From Oculina patagonica (Eukaryota), in NCBI RefSeq assembly GCF_052425735.1, contig NC_135760.1:13392001-13456000 (forward strand): 64,000 nucleotides of DNA, read 5' to 3'. Made by a program: the position numbers and the translations under genes. The notes below the pieces were generated by a model. It was not told the DNA's origin, searched no databases, and saw nothing but the letters and a program-made list of their open reading frames with translations. How positions within the stretch are numbered: the stretch's first letter is position 1; the number at the start of each line of letters is the position of its first letter. Below, one piece after another: positions 43,090-56,300 of the stretch.

Positions 43090-46000
43090 ATGTCGAATTC
43101 TGTGGAAGTTGGATTGGCGAAGTCGACTGGTATGATTGGAATAGCAGCCGGCTTATGCGGTCTTGGCAATTGTATTTGTGGGTTCATATGGCTTGGCTAT
43201 AATGGCTACGGAGGACACGGACTTTGGTCTGGATTTGGTGTGAGTTTCCGGATCTCAATTTTTTGTTCTACTAATGGTTAATATCAAGTTTATTTGTAAC
43301 ATCATAAATATAAGTTAAAAGTCTTGTATAAGAACGCTTGAACATTAATACATGTATTTAGGCAATGTTTATTTTGAACGGAAAGGAAAACACAGACGAG
43401 ACATGATGAAAAACCCGTAAGATATCAATCGCGATTTTCTTCACTTGGTTCTTTAATTTCCTGATCGATGAATTTACTGATGACAGTGTGATTTCACTCT
43501 AACTATTGTCCCTTTCTACATTGTATGAGGACTGATTTCCACTAGTGAACTAAGAATAACGTAAGTATACACGAGAGGCTGATAAGGACGGAATCAACAT
43601 AAGAATATTAATTAAAATCGGGAAAGCCTCCACGATGATGAACGATTTTTAAATCATTTCCTTCTTTGTTAAGTTTTGATCACACTAGCGACATAACATA
43701 AAAGACACGATCACGGAAACGCAATAACACACCCCTGGTGTTATGTTGCCAGTGTGAACAACATATTACGACATAAAGAAAATATTTATCTCCTTATGTA
43801 TTGGTTATGTTGCTAGTAATATGTAGTTAGCGAAAGCCTATAACGAACAGATTAAGGTTTTTTAAGAGTGTGTCCATAAGAGGACCAGGCAACATGTGAT
43901 ACAGCTCATGTCACCAAATTCGCCCAAACTTAGCATAAATGTTGGGTATGGTGAGCTATTTACTGTGGCAAAACATCAACTCAAAATATATTATTCCCTT
44001 CAAGTTATGGCACCTTTTGAAAAAATGGCCATTTTTCACTAATTTATGCATATTTAATTAGCTGACTTTGATTGACCAGTTCCACAAGAAAAAAAGACTT
44101 CTGAAAATAAAATTCACTGCGTTATATTCTGTGGTTATTAGGCTTTAAGTACAATAACTCACTTCAACCGTCTGATTTGATTTCTTCTCTTCAAACGGTC
44201 TTTTGGAAGGTACACATTTCGTACTGTTGGAAATAGCCTTTAACTAGTGCCCAATATCTCCCATGAGCAACAACTTATATACATTATTCTTACATGGGTA
44301 ATGAAATCCATCATTAAACTTCACAAAAATGCCACAAAATGTCTGGGGACTTTAATATTCTATTAGTATTGAGGAACTAAACACACGTGACTTAACGATT
44401 TCTTGCTATTTCATCAAAATTCACCGAAACACAGAAGCCATTTATTTGCCTCAATTTGGCATAAAATCGGTACGAAATAGCTAATCAAGCATAAATCTAT
44501 AGATAACAATCAAAATATTGGCGAAGATTGGCAGTTAGGGCATTTTTCGGAGCGTTTTCAGAGCCATATAATTCGGCAATGTTGTGATAGTAAATGTAAA
44601 AATAGCAGCGAAAGATTTTCTTCAAAAGCTCGCTCAATTCAACATTTAGGCACATCAAAGTTAAGAAACAAGAAAGTAATACTACATACATGCCACTTAT
44701 CGACACACAGATGCTTTCTTTTGAAGAATTTGTTCTTCCTCGCTGCACTTCGATCCTTCGATCGATCTCAATTGACATGTACTGTTGCTTTGAGGCGCGA
44801 TGAACTTAGCCAATACATCGTGGTTCATTCTTCGTGAAAGGTGTAAACAGGTTGTCAATAAAGTCATTCAAAGAGCTGTTCAAAGTTCACGGAAGGACAC
44901 TTGTCTCAGCCAGTTTGCATGAAATAAATTTAACTAGAAAATAAACAGCCGCCATGTTGTATTTCTACCTTTGAGCCTGCCGTTTCAGTCAGCGGTACGG
45001 GCGTTCACTGGGGCAAGTACGTAGTGTAGTCATCATATAGTTGTTTGACTAAATCCTATATAGGGATATTCATAAAAGGGATACATAGCCTAGCCCTACA
45101 CAGCTATACACGCCTATACATAGCCCAACACAGCTATACACAGCTATACACACGCGTGTTCATTTGCTTTTCCTCCGCAAATGTTTGTTTTTGTCGGAAT
45201 AAGTAGCGGATGGCGTTATCTACCCTCTGAACAACCGGGGCTTGATCTTAGCCTTATAAGTAGTGTGCGTTTCTTGTAAAAGTGAGAATTTTTTTCAACT
45301 TCTCCATTGAATTTTTTTGATAAATAGTTGAAGAGAAATACACTGGATGCAGTGTAATGTATGCGATGCAATCGGTTTTGATGCTCTGAAATTGAGCTCT
45401 GAAATGTCGGAAACCATTAAATAATCAGAGCAAGTTTTTCCATCTTATATCAGGTTAAAACTAGTATGTTTATTGTTTTTTTGTTGTTTCTGTCTTTTTT
45501 GGGAGGTGGGGGAGGGGGTGAATATGGACATTCGAAGAAATGGCGGTCAGGTTGTTAGCCTGGCCTGTGTACATCTATTCCTTCTGTTCAAATCGTCTAT
45601 ATTATATTACACTTTGGTAGCTAGGAGACTGAATTTGTACCCACTCTCTTTTTCGGGATCCCACAAAGTTCTCCATCTGTCCATTTACCGATAAATGTCA
45701 TTACTGCAGTTTTGTTTCAGAAAAGGGCTTTTATGGGGACAAATTTTTCCTCTTGAGTGCCCACATTGCAAGTGACGAATTGCGGCTTCAAATGATAATT
45801 TTCTTCATCACCGACTCAATTTAAGTGGCTATGTGAGTTACAAAGACGCGAATGCAGACTTTTGTAGAGTGCTTAAACCCCGCATTAAAACTAAACAAAT
45901 TTATTGCAAGACTAGTACTACGCAAGACGGCCAAACTTATTAGCTAATGTTTCAACCAGCACAGGTAGTCTTCTGTCTTTTTCGAGGTCAACGCGAGGAA

Positions 46001-49000
46001 AACCCGTTTTATTCTTTGTCGTTTTCTCTCTCTACATTCACACCTTTATAGATATATGTATATATTTGCTGCGCCATATAGACTGCGTCGCTAAAGGCAT
46101 GTCGTACGTGAATACTTTGTTCAGTTCAGCACAGACGCTCCCCTAACTAAAGCACTTGCGCAAGAAACGATTACAAAACCTACCTCGCTATCCACCGTAT
46201 AGTGATTTATCCCGTGGTAAACGTTATTCTCCAATTTTGCTGAGTTATTCATTTTTCCCCATTTATGCCCCAGGGGTAGGGGAATTTGGTCAAAAAATGT
46301 AATCGTTATGCGCGGTATTAATCACTATTTCCGCCAGGGGAGGGGAATTTGAACAAGCTATAAAAAAAATACAAATGTCTGAAAAGTAACTGGGAGACGT
46401 TGACATTTTGATTTGTTTAACTGTGTAGCGTCTTTTATGCTAAAAATAATTGTTTATGCTCCAAAATGACGCTAAATGGCGGTATAAAACTGCTCCGACG
46501 TTTCGGCAATACTGCCTTCTTCAGGGTGCCACCCCAAAAAAGGCAGTATTGCCGAGACGTCGGAGCAGTTTTATACCGCCATTTAGCGTCATTTTGGAAC
46601 ATAAACAATTATTTTGATTTGGTTGCCGTGCATGCCGACCGTTGAACAGAAAAATCAAGAACTCTGTTTCGGTGAAAGTCAAATGGAACAGTTTTTTTTC
46701 TGGAAAATCTCTTTGGAAATTGACGGAACGTCAGAAATTTTCTTACCATTTGTAAGGTTTCCCAGTTCCAGTCTCCCATCCTTCAAGTCTCCCACCAACG
46801 GAAAGAAATAACAGGAAACTGAGCTACAAATGGTAAGCGACATCTATTTCGGTTAGTTTGCTAATTTTGGAAAGAAGCCTTTCCATTTTTCAGTGGTCAT
46901 TCCAACCGGTTCTCTCCAACAAATGGTAAGCACCCTAGAGTTCGTTCAGCATCACATTGCGGTAAACCCTTGGAGCTGTAGCGTAGGAAATTGTTTTCCC
47001 TACGACAATTTGAAAATATTTTCATTTTCATCACAAACGCATCCAACGAACACTCGCGGAGGAAAAGCAAATGATCGCGCGTGTGGTCACGCGTGATGGA
47101 CGCGTGATACCCAGTGAACGGCCGTACCGCTGACTGAAACGGCAGGCTCAAAGGTAGAAATTCAACATGGCGGCTGTTTATTTTCCAGTTAAATTTATTT
47201 CATGCAAACTGGCTGAGACAAGTGTCCTTCCGTGAACTTTGAACAGCTCTTTGAATGACTTTATTGACATCCTGTTTACACCTTTCACGAAGGATGAACC
47301 ACGATGGATTGACTAAGTTCAGCGCGCCTCAAAGCAACAGTACATGTCAATTGAGATCGATCGAAGAATCGAAGTGCCGCGAGGAAGAACAAATTCCTCA
47401 AAAGAAAGCATCTGTGTGTCGATAAGTGGCATGTATGTAGTATTACTTTCTTGTTTCTTAACTTTGATGTGCCTAATGTTGAATTGAGCGAGCTTTTGAA
47501 GAAAATCTTTCGCTGCTATTTTTACATTTGCTATCACAACATTGCCGAATTATATGGCTCTGAAAACGCTCCGAAAAATGTCCTAACTGCCTTTTCTTCG
47601 CCAATATTTTGATTGTTATCTATAGATTTATGCTTGATTAGCTATTTCGTACCGATTTTATGCCAAATTAAGGCAAATAAATGGCTTTTGTGTTTCGGTG
47701 AATTTTGATGAAATAGCAAGAAATCGTTAAGTCACGTGTGTTTAGTTCCTCAATACTAATAAAATATTGAAGTCCCCAGACATTTTGTGACATTTTTGTG
47801 AAGTTTAATGATGGATTTCATTACCCATGTAAGAATAATGTATATAAGTTGTTGCTCATGGGAGATATTGGGCACTAGTTAAAGGCTATTTCCAACAGTA
47901 CGAAATGTGTACCTTCCAAAAGACCGTTTGAGGAGAAGAAATCAAATCGGACGGTTGAAGGGAATTATTGTACTTAAAGCCTAATAACCAAAGAATATAG
48001 TGCAGTGAATTTTATTTTCAGAAGTCTTTTTTTCTTGTGGAACTGGTCAATCAAAGTCAGCTAATTAAATATGCATAAATTAGTGAAAAATGGCCATTTT
48101 TTCAAAAGGTGCCATAACTTGAAGGGAATAAAATATTTTGAGTTAATGTTTTGCCACAGTAAATAGCTCACCATACCCAACATTTATGCTAAGTTTGGGC
48201 GAAATCGGTGATATGAGCTGTAGCACTTGTTACCTGGTTCTGCCCTGTTCTCTCACGGGCACACTCTTAAAAAAGCATTCGAACCATTCAGTTTATAAGC
48301 CTTTATTTCAAAAACAAAGGATATCTTTCAGCTCTTACACAAGGTCAGAGGATAAAGCGGTTGACTTAAAAAAAGCTAACACATGACAAAATCAAATATC
48401 GCCGGCCGGTACAACACCCTGTTTACGAGACGTACATGCCTTGTAAACAGGGTCTTGTACGGAGAAACCGCTACTCCGGCAAGAGTATTCTCCTTGTAAA
48501 CATGGCCTAAAAAATACTACTTAAAATAATAATCTTGGGCTTATTTGTGAATGTGTATCTAAACATTTTTAATGCTGATCAAGCTCAAGAAAGTACATGA
48601 ACATCAGTCATCGAAAGTATCAACAGAGATTGAGCTGAAGAACTGAACGAGCTGGTGACAAGCATGCTTGAGGTTTGCCGACGGAAGATAGTCCAATTTC
48701 GTTGATGTAGTTCGGAAAACAGATAAGAAATACCCGACATGAAATTAAACAGAAAGCCTTTATTTACACTAATTTTTATTCATAACATTTATTGTTGAAA
48801 AACAGATTTTTAAGTAAGTGTGTTCAGCAGTAGTTGTCTTGATTCTGCAATTCTGGCCGTGCAAAAGGAAGTTTCGAATTTTTGACGATAAAATGTTAAT
48901 TTTAATTCATATATTTTTTAGATTGGTGTCTATTCTTGCATATCAAAAAACTTGAAAAAATGTCTTTAGCCAAAAGGAATTAAAATGGAATATTTAATTT

Positions 49001-52000
49001 CATTTCAATATATTCAAATTGCCTATGCATGAAAGAAAACAAATATGACATTATTTACACAATACTGAATGGACAAACTATATTACAAAAAGGTTTTCCT
49101 TTACACATCAATAACACTTGTCATAAAATGTACCGCGAATTAATCTTTGCAATGTGCCGGTAGGAAATTTCGTATTTTAGCCTGAAAAATTTCAAGCATT
49201 ATGGCCTTAAATCTCCGGCCTGAAACTGATCGATACCAATAGCTTCAAATATGACACATACCCATTCTGTATTATTCAAATCAAGTGATCTATCCTGCCC
49301 TCCCCACCCCGCAAAAATTTCTCGATCCCCCCGTTAATATACTGATTAGTCTCTTTACCGCAGTGCCAATCTTCCCCCCCCCCCCACCACCCACAAAGAC
49401 GTTTTGGGAGTCAGTGGAGAGAGCGTGGGCCTGATAACGTTTGCATTTTGAGAGCAAAACAAATCTTTTCACCATATGTTCTCAACAATTTTTTTCAGTA
49501 TGCTTAAGTGCTGTGTAGTTATCTCTGATAAATAGTTGCAAAACCAACCTAGAAGGAAACAGATCGGACTGGATACGGCTGCAGTTCGCACTTTTTGGGA
49601 GGATTGATGGAGAGAGACTTAATTAACTGACAACACTGTGGCAAGACACGAAAGAAGGGCCCTGTAAACCCCCCGGTCCAACCCCAGCTTTAACGGACAC
49701 AATATTTTACGTAAAATTTTTATAACATTGTATTTCATTGGCGTAACTACTATGTTGCACTATGTCGCCGAGGTTGGAAAAGGCGGATCAAGTTTGAGGC
49801 AGTCTTAAACAACATTTGTACTGTTGTCCCAGGTGTTGTATAGCTTGCCGGTCTAACATCTGATGAACCGGCTCTTGTTTTATCAGATCATCTGCATCTC
49901 ATCCAGATCATGTTATAATATCACCCAAAACCTAATAGTTTTTGTCATTTAATAATTGCATCCAACCCTTTTTACAAACGTTTTTTTTTTTGCAGTTGAT
50001 CTTTGCAGCCCTCTTGGGAATCTTCGTATGGCGATACAGGAACAAGACGTTGGTAAGTAAATATGGTAAAATCCTCGTCCAGCGGACATGGAGTCTTTTT
50101 AAATAAATAGACACAAGTTTAAAGACCCTCCCTCCCACTAAATGATGAATGCTTAATGCTCCTGTCGTAGATTCTCCAGTTTGTATGAAATTATTACCAA
50201 AATAAATATGTTTAGTCCAATAGCGAAGCGCGCGATTGACGTCACGACTCATACAAGACTCAAACAAACTAGCCAGCGAAGCTTGGCGTTCTAGTCAATC
50301 GGGGAGAGCTACCAGGTGCTTAAATGAACATCATCATCAAGCCCTTCAAGATCATGGGCTTCTGAACAGCCTCGTCTCTTTTTTAATTTCATTAGAACTT
50401 CACACCGCTGGTAAAAATAGTTTTTACTCTAATCTTATGAAGATATCCGAATATTTTAATTTTAGTAATTTTAATCCTGATTTAGTAGACACCGCAAAAG
50501 TGACAATGTTTCTGCAGTCAATGAAACAGAAATATATTTCGTATTGACAGCATACTCTACAGCATTCTCAAAAACTAGAATTTTATAGATCTTTTAAGAA
50601 CGAATATGCTACCTCCATTTATCTAGAGTTAACTAGGAGAGTTTCTGGTAGGAGAACATTAGCTAAATTACGTAATCATAAGTTAATGATCGAACTAGGC
50701 ATATATAACAATACGCCCAGACATAATAGGCTCTGCCCGGTCTGTGATTGTAATAAAACCGAAGATGAAATTCATTTTCTCTTTTATTGTTCCAAATATA
50801 CAACAATAAGAGATAACTTTTACAAGACAATACAGCCTATCATCTTAAATGTCAGCCGACTACCAGTGCCTGACTTGATTTTAGAATTAATGAATTCTTC
50901 CGATCATTTTGTGACCATGCAATTGATTAAATTTATATCATCTTGTTTTGATTTACGTAACAAAATACTGTCAATGTTATTAATTTTATATGAATCATTT
51001 TTGTTTTTACTATATATTATTATTATTTTATTATTTTTATTATTATTATTATTACTAAATAAGTTGACGCTTTTGCAATATTGTAACAAATTTACAGTCA
51101 TGCAAATAAAGCTTGTTGTTGTTGTTGTTGTTGTGGTGTGATGCTCGTGATATCACTGACAATTTGATTTTTGGGGTATGGTGGGAGGTGTAGGAATGGG
51201 TTACATGGGTAAACTGCTGTGATTAAAACCCTTTTCAGCAAATCTTATCCGGACTAACAGCTATTCCTGTATCTCTGTCTATTGTTTCTTCAGATGATAT
51301 TTTTCCTGGTATCTTGCATCATTCTTGTGATTATTGTGGGAGTACAAGCCGCCATAGCTGCTCTCGGTTACATTTTCTGGCGTCTCTTCCGGGTCGCTAC
51401 AGACTGCCAAACTTATGGTGGAACATGCCATTGTCGAAACAGTAAAGGCGAACCTATCCCCATCGATCGTAAGTGCATCCATAAATCGATTCTGCTGAAC
51501 AATGCCTTTTATGGTCGCCCTCAACCTCGTTCCCAGGGTCTCTCTCTCCCCGACCCTAGAGAGAGAGAGAGAGAGACCCTTGGAACAAGGTTAAGTCGTG
51601 CTCGGATCCCACCTGAGCCCGCGGCAACTTATAAGATTGCTAAGCAACATACACGTGGCATCTTTCACAGTTCTCGCAAGAAAGACACGTGAACACTTGC
51701 AAGTTCACGTGCTATATTTGATCGAATGACAAAAAAAAAATGGGCTTGTTCCCAGAAAGTTAGAAATAAGAGTTGTTATGGTAAGACACGTCACTACCAA
51801 GCCAGATACTTTAATGACAAAGTTTCTCATGAACTACTCTTCCAATTTGAAACTTCCTCTTCAGTATATTGCTGATTAAAGGGCCAGAGGCGGGTCTAAG
51901 GGGAGGGTGCAGAGGGTGCGCAATCCTTCCCCCACATATGACTCGCAGCTTTCTAATACAACTTTTATTCTGCCAAAAAAATCAGTTACGCCAAAACTTA

Positions 52001-52879
52001 TGGTTTTAAGTAAGAGATAGGCCCCCTTTTTAACAGATATTGATTGATTTATTTAATTTTTCTTTTTCAAGTGGAGACATGTGATGTGATCTCCTCCATT
52101 GACAGCATGTTCCTGGCTATGACGATATTTTCTGCTTGTGGTACGATTGTTACACTTGCTGGTTCCATTGTGGGATGCATGGGCACGTGCTGCGCTAGAA
52201 ATCAGGTAATAAATGTATTTTTAATCTGGTAAGTAACAAGGGCAAAATTTAACACGTTTTCCTTCACAAGTCTCTTTTTTTATTTGTCAAAAGCTGACAA
52301 TTTTCTTGAGCAACAGAACTGAAGTAAGTACTGCAAGTACTGAAATCATTGCTTGAAATACTGTCAGTACAATCCGAAAGAGTTTCCTTGCATGTATCCG
52401 CTATGTTAACTTCCCAGGTGGACGAGGTACTGTAGTTACGTATCAACAGTCTATAACGAAATCGCTTGTGATTGGCTATCCGAAACCAATTCGCGGGAAA
52501 ATTGTGTCTAAAAATAGCTTTACTTGTTAAAACGCCGTTTTACAGACGCAGTATGGAAGTTGCACGCTCCCTAATGGGCTCCCGAACTTGATAACGTTTG
52601 ATTGGTTCTGTTCATCCTCTCTCGTTGCAGCAACCCGGCGCAGTGGTAGTGGTTCAGCAGCCGTCTGGGACCCAGTCTTCCGTGCTTTACACTACTACCC
52701 AGCACCCCGCAGAAGGTTACCCAGCTCAGTATCCCCAGGCACATTCTGGCCAATATCCTCAACAACAGTATCCCCAGTACCCCGCACCTTCAGTCGGCCA
52801 GTACCCTCCACCCCAGTACCCAGCGGCCTCAGGACAGGGCGAAAATCCTGGAGGCGAAGCAATACCACCAAAAGCATAG
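43090..52879 (+). CDS. Four-TM (MS4A/CD20-like) membrane protein with a P/Q/Y-rich tail; exons 43090-43239, 49996-50052, 51294-51468, 52072-52205 and 52631-52879
   Basis: GT-AG junctions keep frame. It has four hydrophobic segments, a GLWSG motif, a Cys-rich loop (CQTYGGTCHC), a CMGTCC juxtamembrane motif and a YPQ-rich tail. Confidence 0.7.
46443..46613. repeat. ~170-bp near-perfect palindrome, a Penelope-like-element pLTR fragment in inverted arrangement
   Basis: Arms ~46443-46519 and ~46537-46613 are reverse complements with few mismatches. Confidence 0.8.
46492..46529 (-). ncRNA. Minimal type I hammerhead ribozyme motif
   Basis: Minus strand: GCACC-CUGAAGA-A-GGCA GUAU UGCC-GAAA-CG-UC-GGAGC (core boxes, stem II, stem I with one mismatch). 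Confidence 0.6.
50270..51133 (+). mobile_element. 5'-truncated CR1/L2-group LINE 3' end
   Basis: RT-ORF C-terminal CCHC motif RLCPVC...EDEIHFLFYCSKY, internal stops, and AATAAA followed by a (GTT)n tail. Confidence 0.8.
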
Positions 52880-53375
52880 AATGGTTCTGCTTTGGAGCGC
52901 TCTGTTTATGCATTTCGGTAACCATGATGGCGTCCGTGATAGATATGGCCAAAGATCCGTAGGATAGTTCTTTATATTAATAGCAGTATGTCGTCTTGTT
53001 TTTTCGTACAACCATAGTTAACTATGGTATAACAACGTGAACATGTAGCTGTCGCGATCTCAGAAGACAACAACAGTTTTATTGACGAGCAGTTACTAGT
53101 TCTATAGAAACCGGAAAACCGACCATATAACACAAGCATCTAGATTGAGAAAGGGCTAACTTCTTCAGTCATTTCTAACCAAACAGTATCTGTTGTATAG
53201 ACCTATTAAATACGTTAAAACTCCAAATGATTAAAGTATCACATTATTTTGTTCTTCATTCATCTTAATGACAATCAGCGCATTACACCTGTAGTATTGC
53301 GTACAACATAACCAAGATGTAACGTAACACGCTAACCAAACATGTCACGCTCTACCCAAGACGCCAAACGTCACG

Positions 53376-56300
53376 CTATCTAGTAGTTCTCTCGTAGAAA
53401 AGCATATACGCGCAGCTTGATAAGGCTTGATCACGTGACGCCACCTCCACATGTTCATCTGACGTGTAAAGCCATTTGGACGCATGCTCAGTGCCCTGCG
53501 GCGTTTCAAATCTCCTGTAAGTGACGTAATGACCATTGTCAACGGTTCCCAAGTGAACAATGACCGCCATTAGTTGGTACACTGCACGGCTGGTACTGCG
53601 AGACAATAACAAAACTGATCCGTTAAAAAGGCGACAACTGCTTCCTAAAACTTGAAACTACAATTTTTGAGTTGCAAATTTTAGAACGTGGAACCATGTT
53701 GATCAGAAGTGCGTGGTCACATTTCTTCCATCAAATTTCGCAGATTTTTGGTCCAAACTGTTCTGAAATAAGTGTTAGGCAACTTTACCCAGAAAACATT
53801 ATCTTTCCACATTTAACTGAAGATATAACCTTTGTTTGGGGATAGAAATCAAAGTTCGGCTATAAATATCTTTTTTTTTGAAGGCGCGCGGAAACAACTT
53901 GAAAACGTTTTCAAATTGCAATCCATTTCCATTCGAGCCATACGCAGCCAACGCGCTAACAATTGTTAATAAAAATGGACCATTATTTTTAAGTTTTCTT
54001 ACGACACAAATGTCAATTTTGGCTGTTCAGAAATCTGTTAAAATTTGTGACATAGTCCCTTTAACCTTACAATGACCACTACACAGAACCACTTCCAAGC
54101 CTCCCCCCAACCCCCCATTCTCCGGAAATAAACTTGAACAGGCGGAAATCCGTCTATGTTTGCTTGCCTACGTTTCCAAGTGGGGCATAAGACAAAAAAT
54201 ACTCGGATTTTTGTCCCCCCCCCCGGCTTTTTCCCCACTAGGGAGCTACAGTTAAACCCGGTTATTTCGAATTCCCCATTATTTCGAACTAAAACCCAGT
54301 TCCCTTGGATTTGCCTTTAGTCATTTACTATCGGCTATTTTAAACTTCCGGTATTTCGAACTATTTTTTGGTTCCCCCTGATGGTTCGATATAACGGCGT
54401 TCAACTGTACTTTATAAATGTGGCAGTTATTCTAGCACAATGCGTCGTGTTTGCTTCTATACAACATGTAAATTCATTGCCATTACGGTTGAACAGCTAC
54501 GGTTTTAACACATGCCAAGCTCAAAACAATTCACACAAGGAACCAACCAAAACTCATAAAATTTTGCAGATAAGCGCAGAAAAAGAATACCAGTCTCAAA
54601 GAATCAATAAGTAACACTTAACAAACAAATGTTTACCTCTTTGTGTCTGCCTTTACAAATGAAGTGACCAGCTCATCCAGATAACCATTTAGCTCCACGC
54701 CACTGGCTCCTGTAAGTTGAAGACCTCCATTTGTTAATGAAGCAAACTTGCGTGTATTTTCATTAGCACAGTCCTTTTTAAGAGAGTTATTCGGCTCCAA
54801 AGGTTCGTATAAAAACGGCTCCATGTCAAGGAACTCTGGAAATTTAATGAAGGCGTTGTTTTTATACGGGACACCATTAGAATGCCAGTAAGTTCTTTGA
54901 ATATGGATACAAAGACACCGCGGTAACTGAAAACAGACAAGAGGGAAAAAGGCTCAGAATAAATTTATTTTTAAAAGCAAAATCGTTGCAGCAGCATTGA
55001 AAGATTTTTTTGGACTTTATTAACCAATCAAATTTCAAAGAATATGCGAGAATTTGAAAAGTTGTCACGCCGCCAGTACCATGCCATAACGGCTACGTCA
55101 TGTTACCTAAGGGCATAAGGATACGCCATTGGGATACGATGTTACTTAGCAACACATGATAAAAACCACCAGTTAGACAATGTTATTTAATATTTAAACT
55201 AATAAGCGTAGCAACAACAAAATCTTGAACCTGATTGGTTCTTTGTTTAAAATACTAACTGATTCATGTGCAGCTCCATTGTCATCTGTTGTTACTGGAC
55301 AGATTATATTACAGAATTCACTGGGAATCATGCTTTTCATTTCAAATCTGTTTTGCTATGTGGAAAGAGTATCACTTGTGTGATGACTCCAAGGTCTGTT
55401 CATTGTGATAATTTCTTGTCAGTGAGGAGAGAGTTTGGCAGAAATAACTGTGTCACAATTATAATAGCCTGCAAACAGGCTCCTAGTGGGGCATAGGGCG
55501 AAAAGAAATCAATGAGCTCGGGAAGCCTGTTCGTAGGCTACAATTATAATTGAAACTTTGAAAGCTGCTACTGCTGCTGCTGTATAATTTGAATGCAAAA
55601 CTCAGTAATGTTTACTTTTCCAAGTGTGAGTCGTTTGATAAATGTAGTCCTAACAGCGCTGGCTGATTCATCTGTGGTTTGCTGCTGTTGTCGGCAGCCA
55701 TGACACTCCACTGAATCCACTGTCTCTGAACAAACAAACATGCGCAAAAGGTCTTCTAGTGCTAGGCCCATCTGTGGATAGAATCACATGACAAAGTTCA
55801 AAAGATGATTTTTTTTAAACTGATTACTATTATATTCCATTGTCACATTGCCTGTTTGAAATTGTGTTAATTCAATAGGGGTAATAATAATAATAATAAT
55901 AATAATAACAATAATGAAGCATTGTAGGCACAATGTGTGCAGAGAGGGGCTATGTAGCTGTAGCCCTTTGCATGCATTGCAAGCCTTTAGTAAGTACCTG
56001 TTGTATTTAGACATTGATTGCTTGGAATATCAGTTTATATTTGGAAAACTTTTCCAATAATTTTCAAAGTAATTATGTCGTATTTATTTAGTTTTGCTTT
56101 CACAGAACTAGGAAAATTTGTGCAAACAAGCTTAAAGCATCAAAACAAAGATTGTAACCGTAGGGTGGGTGCAAAACACAACTACTAAATCTTAGGTCAT
56201 TGGTTCAAGAGGAACACATCTTCCTAAAACATTGTTGAATACCCATCATCCCCTTGACCCCAGGATAAACTTGAATGTTAAAATACCTGGAAAGTTGTTG

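Larger units (their letters stand above)
43866..48266. mobile_element. Non-autonomous Sola3-like DNA transposon with ~1.15-kb TIRs (43866-45012 and 47110-48266), in intron 1 of the four-TM gene
   Basis: TTAA|GAGTGTG ... CACACTC|TTAA with very long, closely similar inverted arms. GAG/CTC ends, a TTAA target and long TIRs are Sola3 hallmarks. No transposase ORF. Confidence 0.75.

Noticed and set aside
44497-47537. Related ORFs at 44497-44778 and 47319-47537 as a transposase
   Set aside because: They are chance frames in the two TIR arms, with no DDE or other motif.
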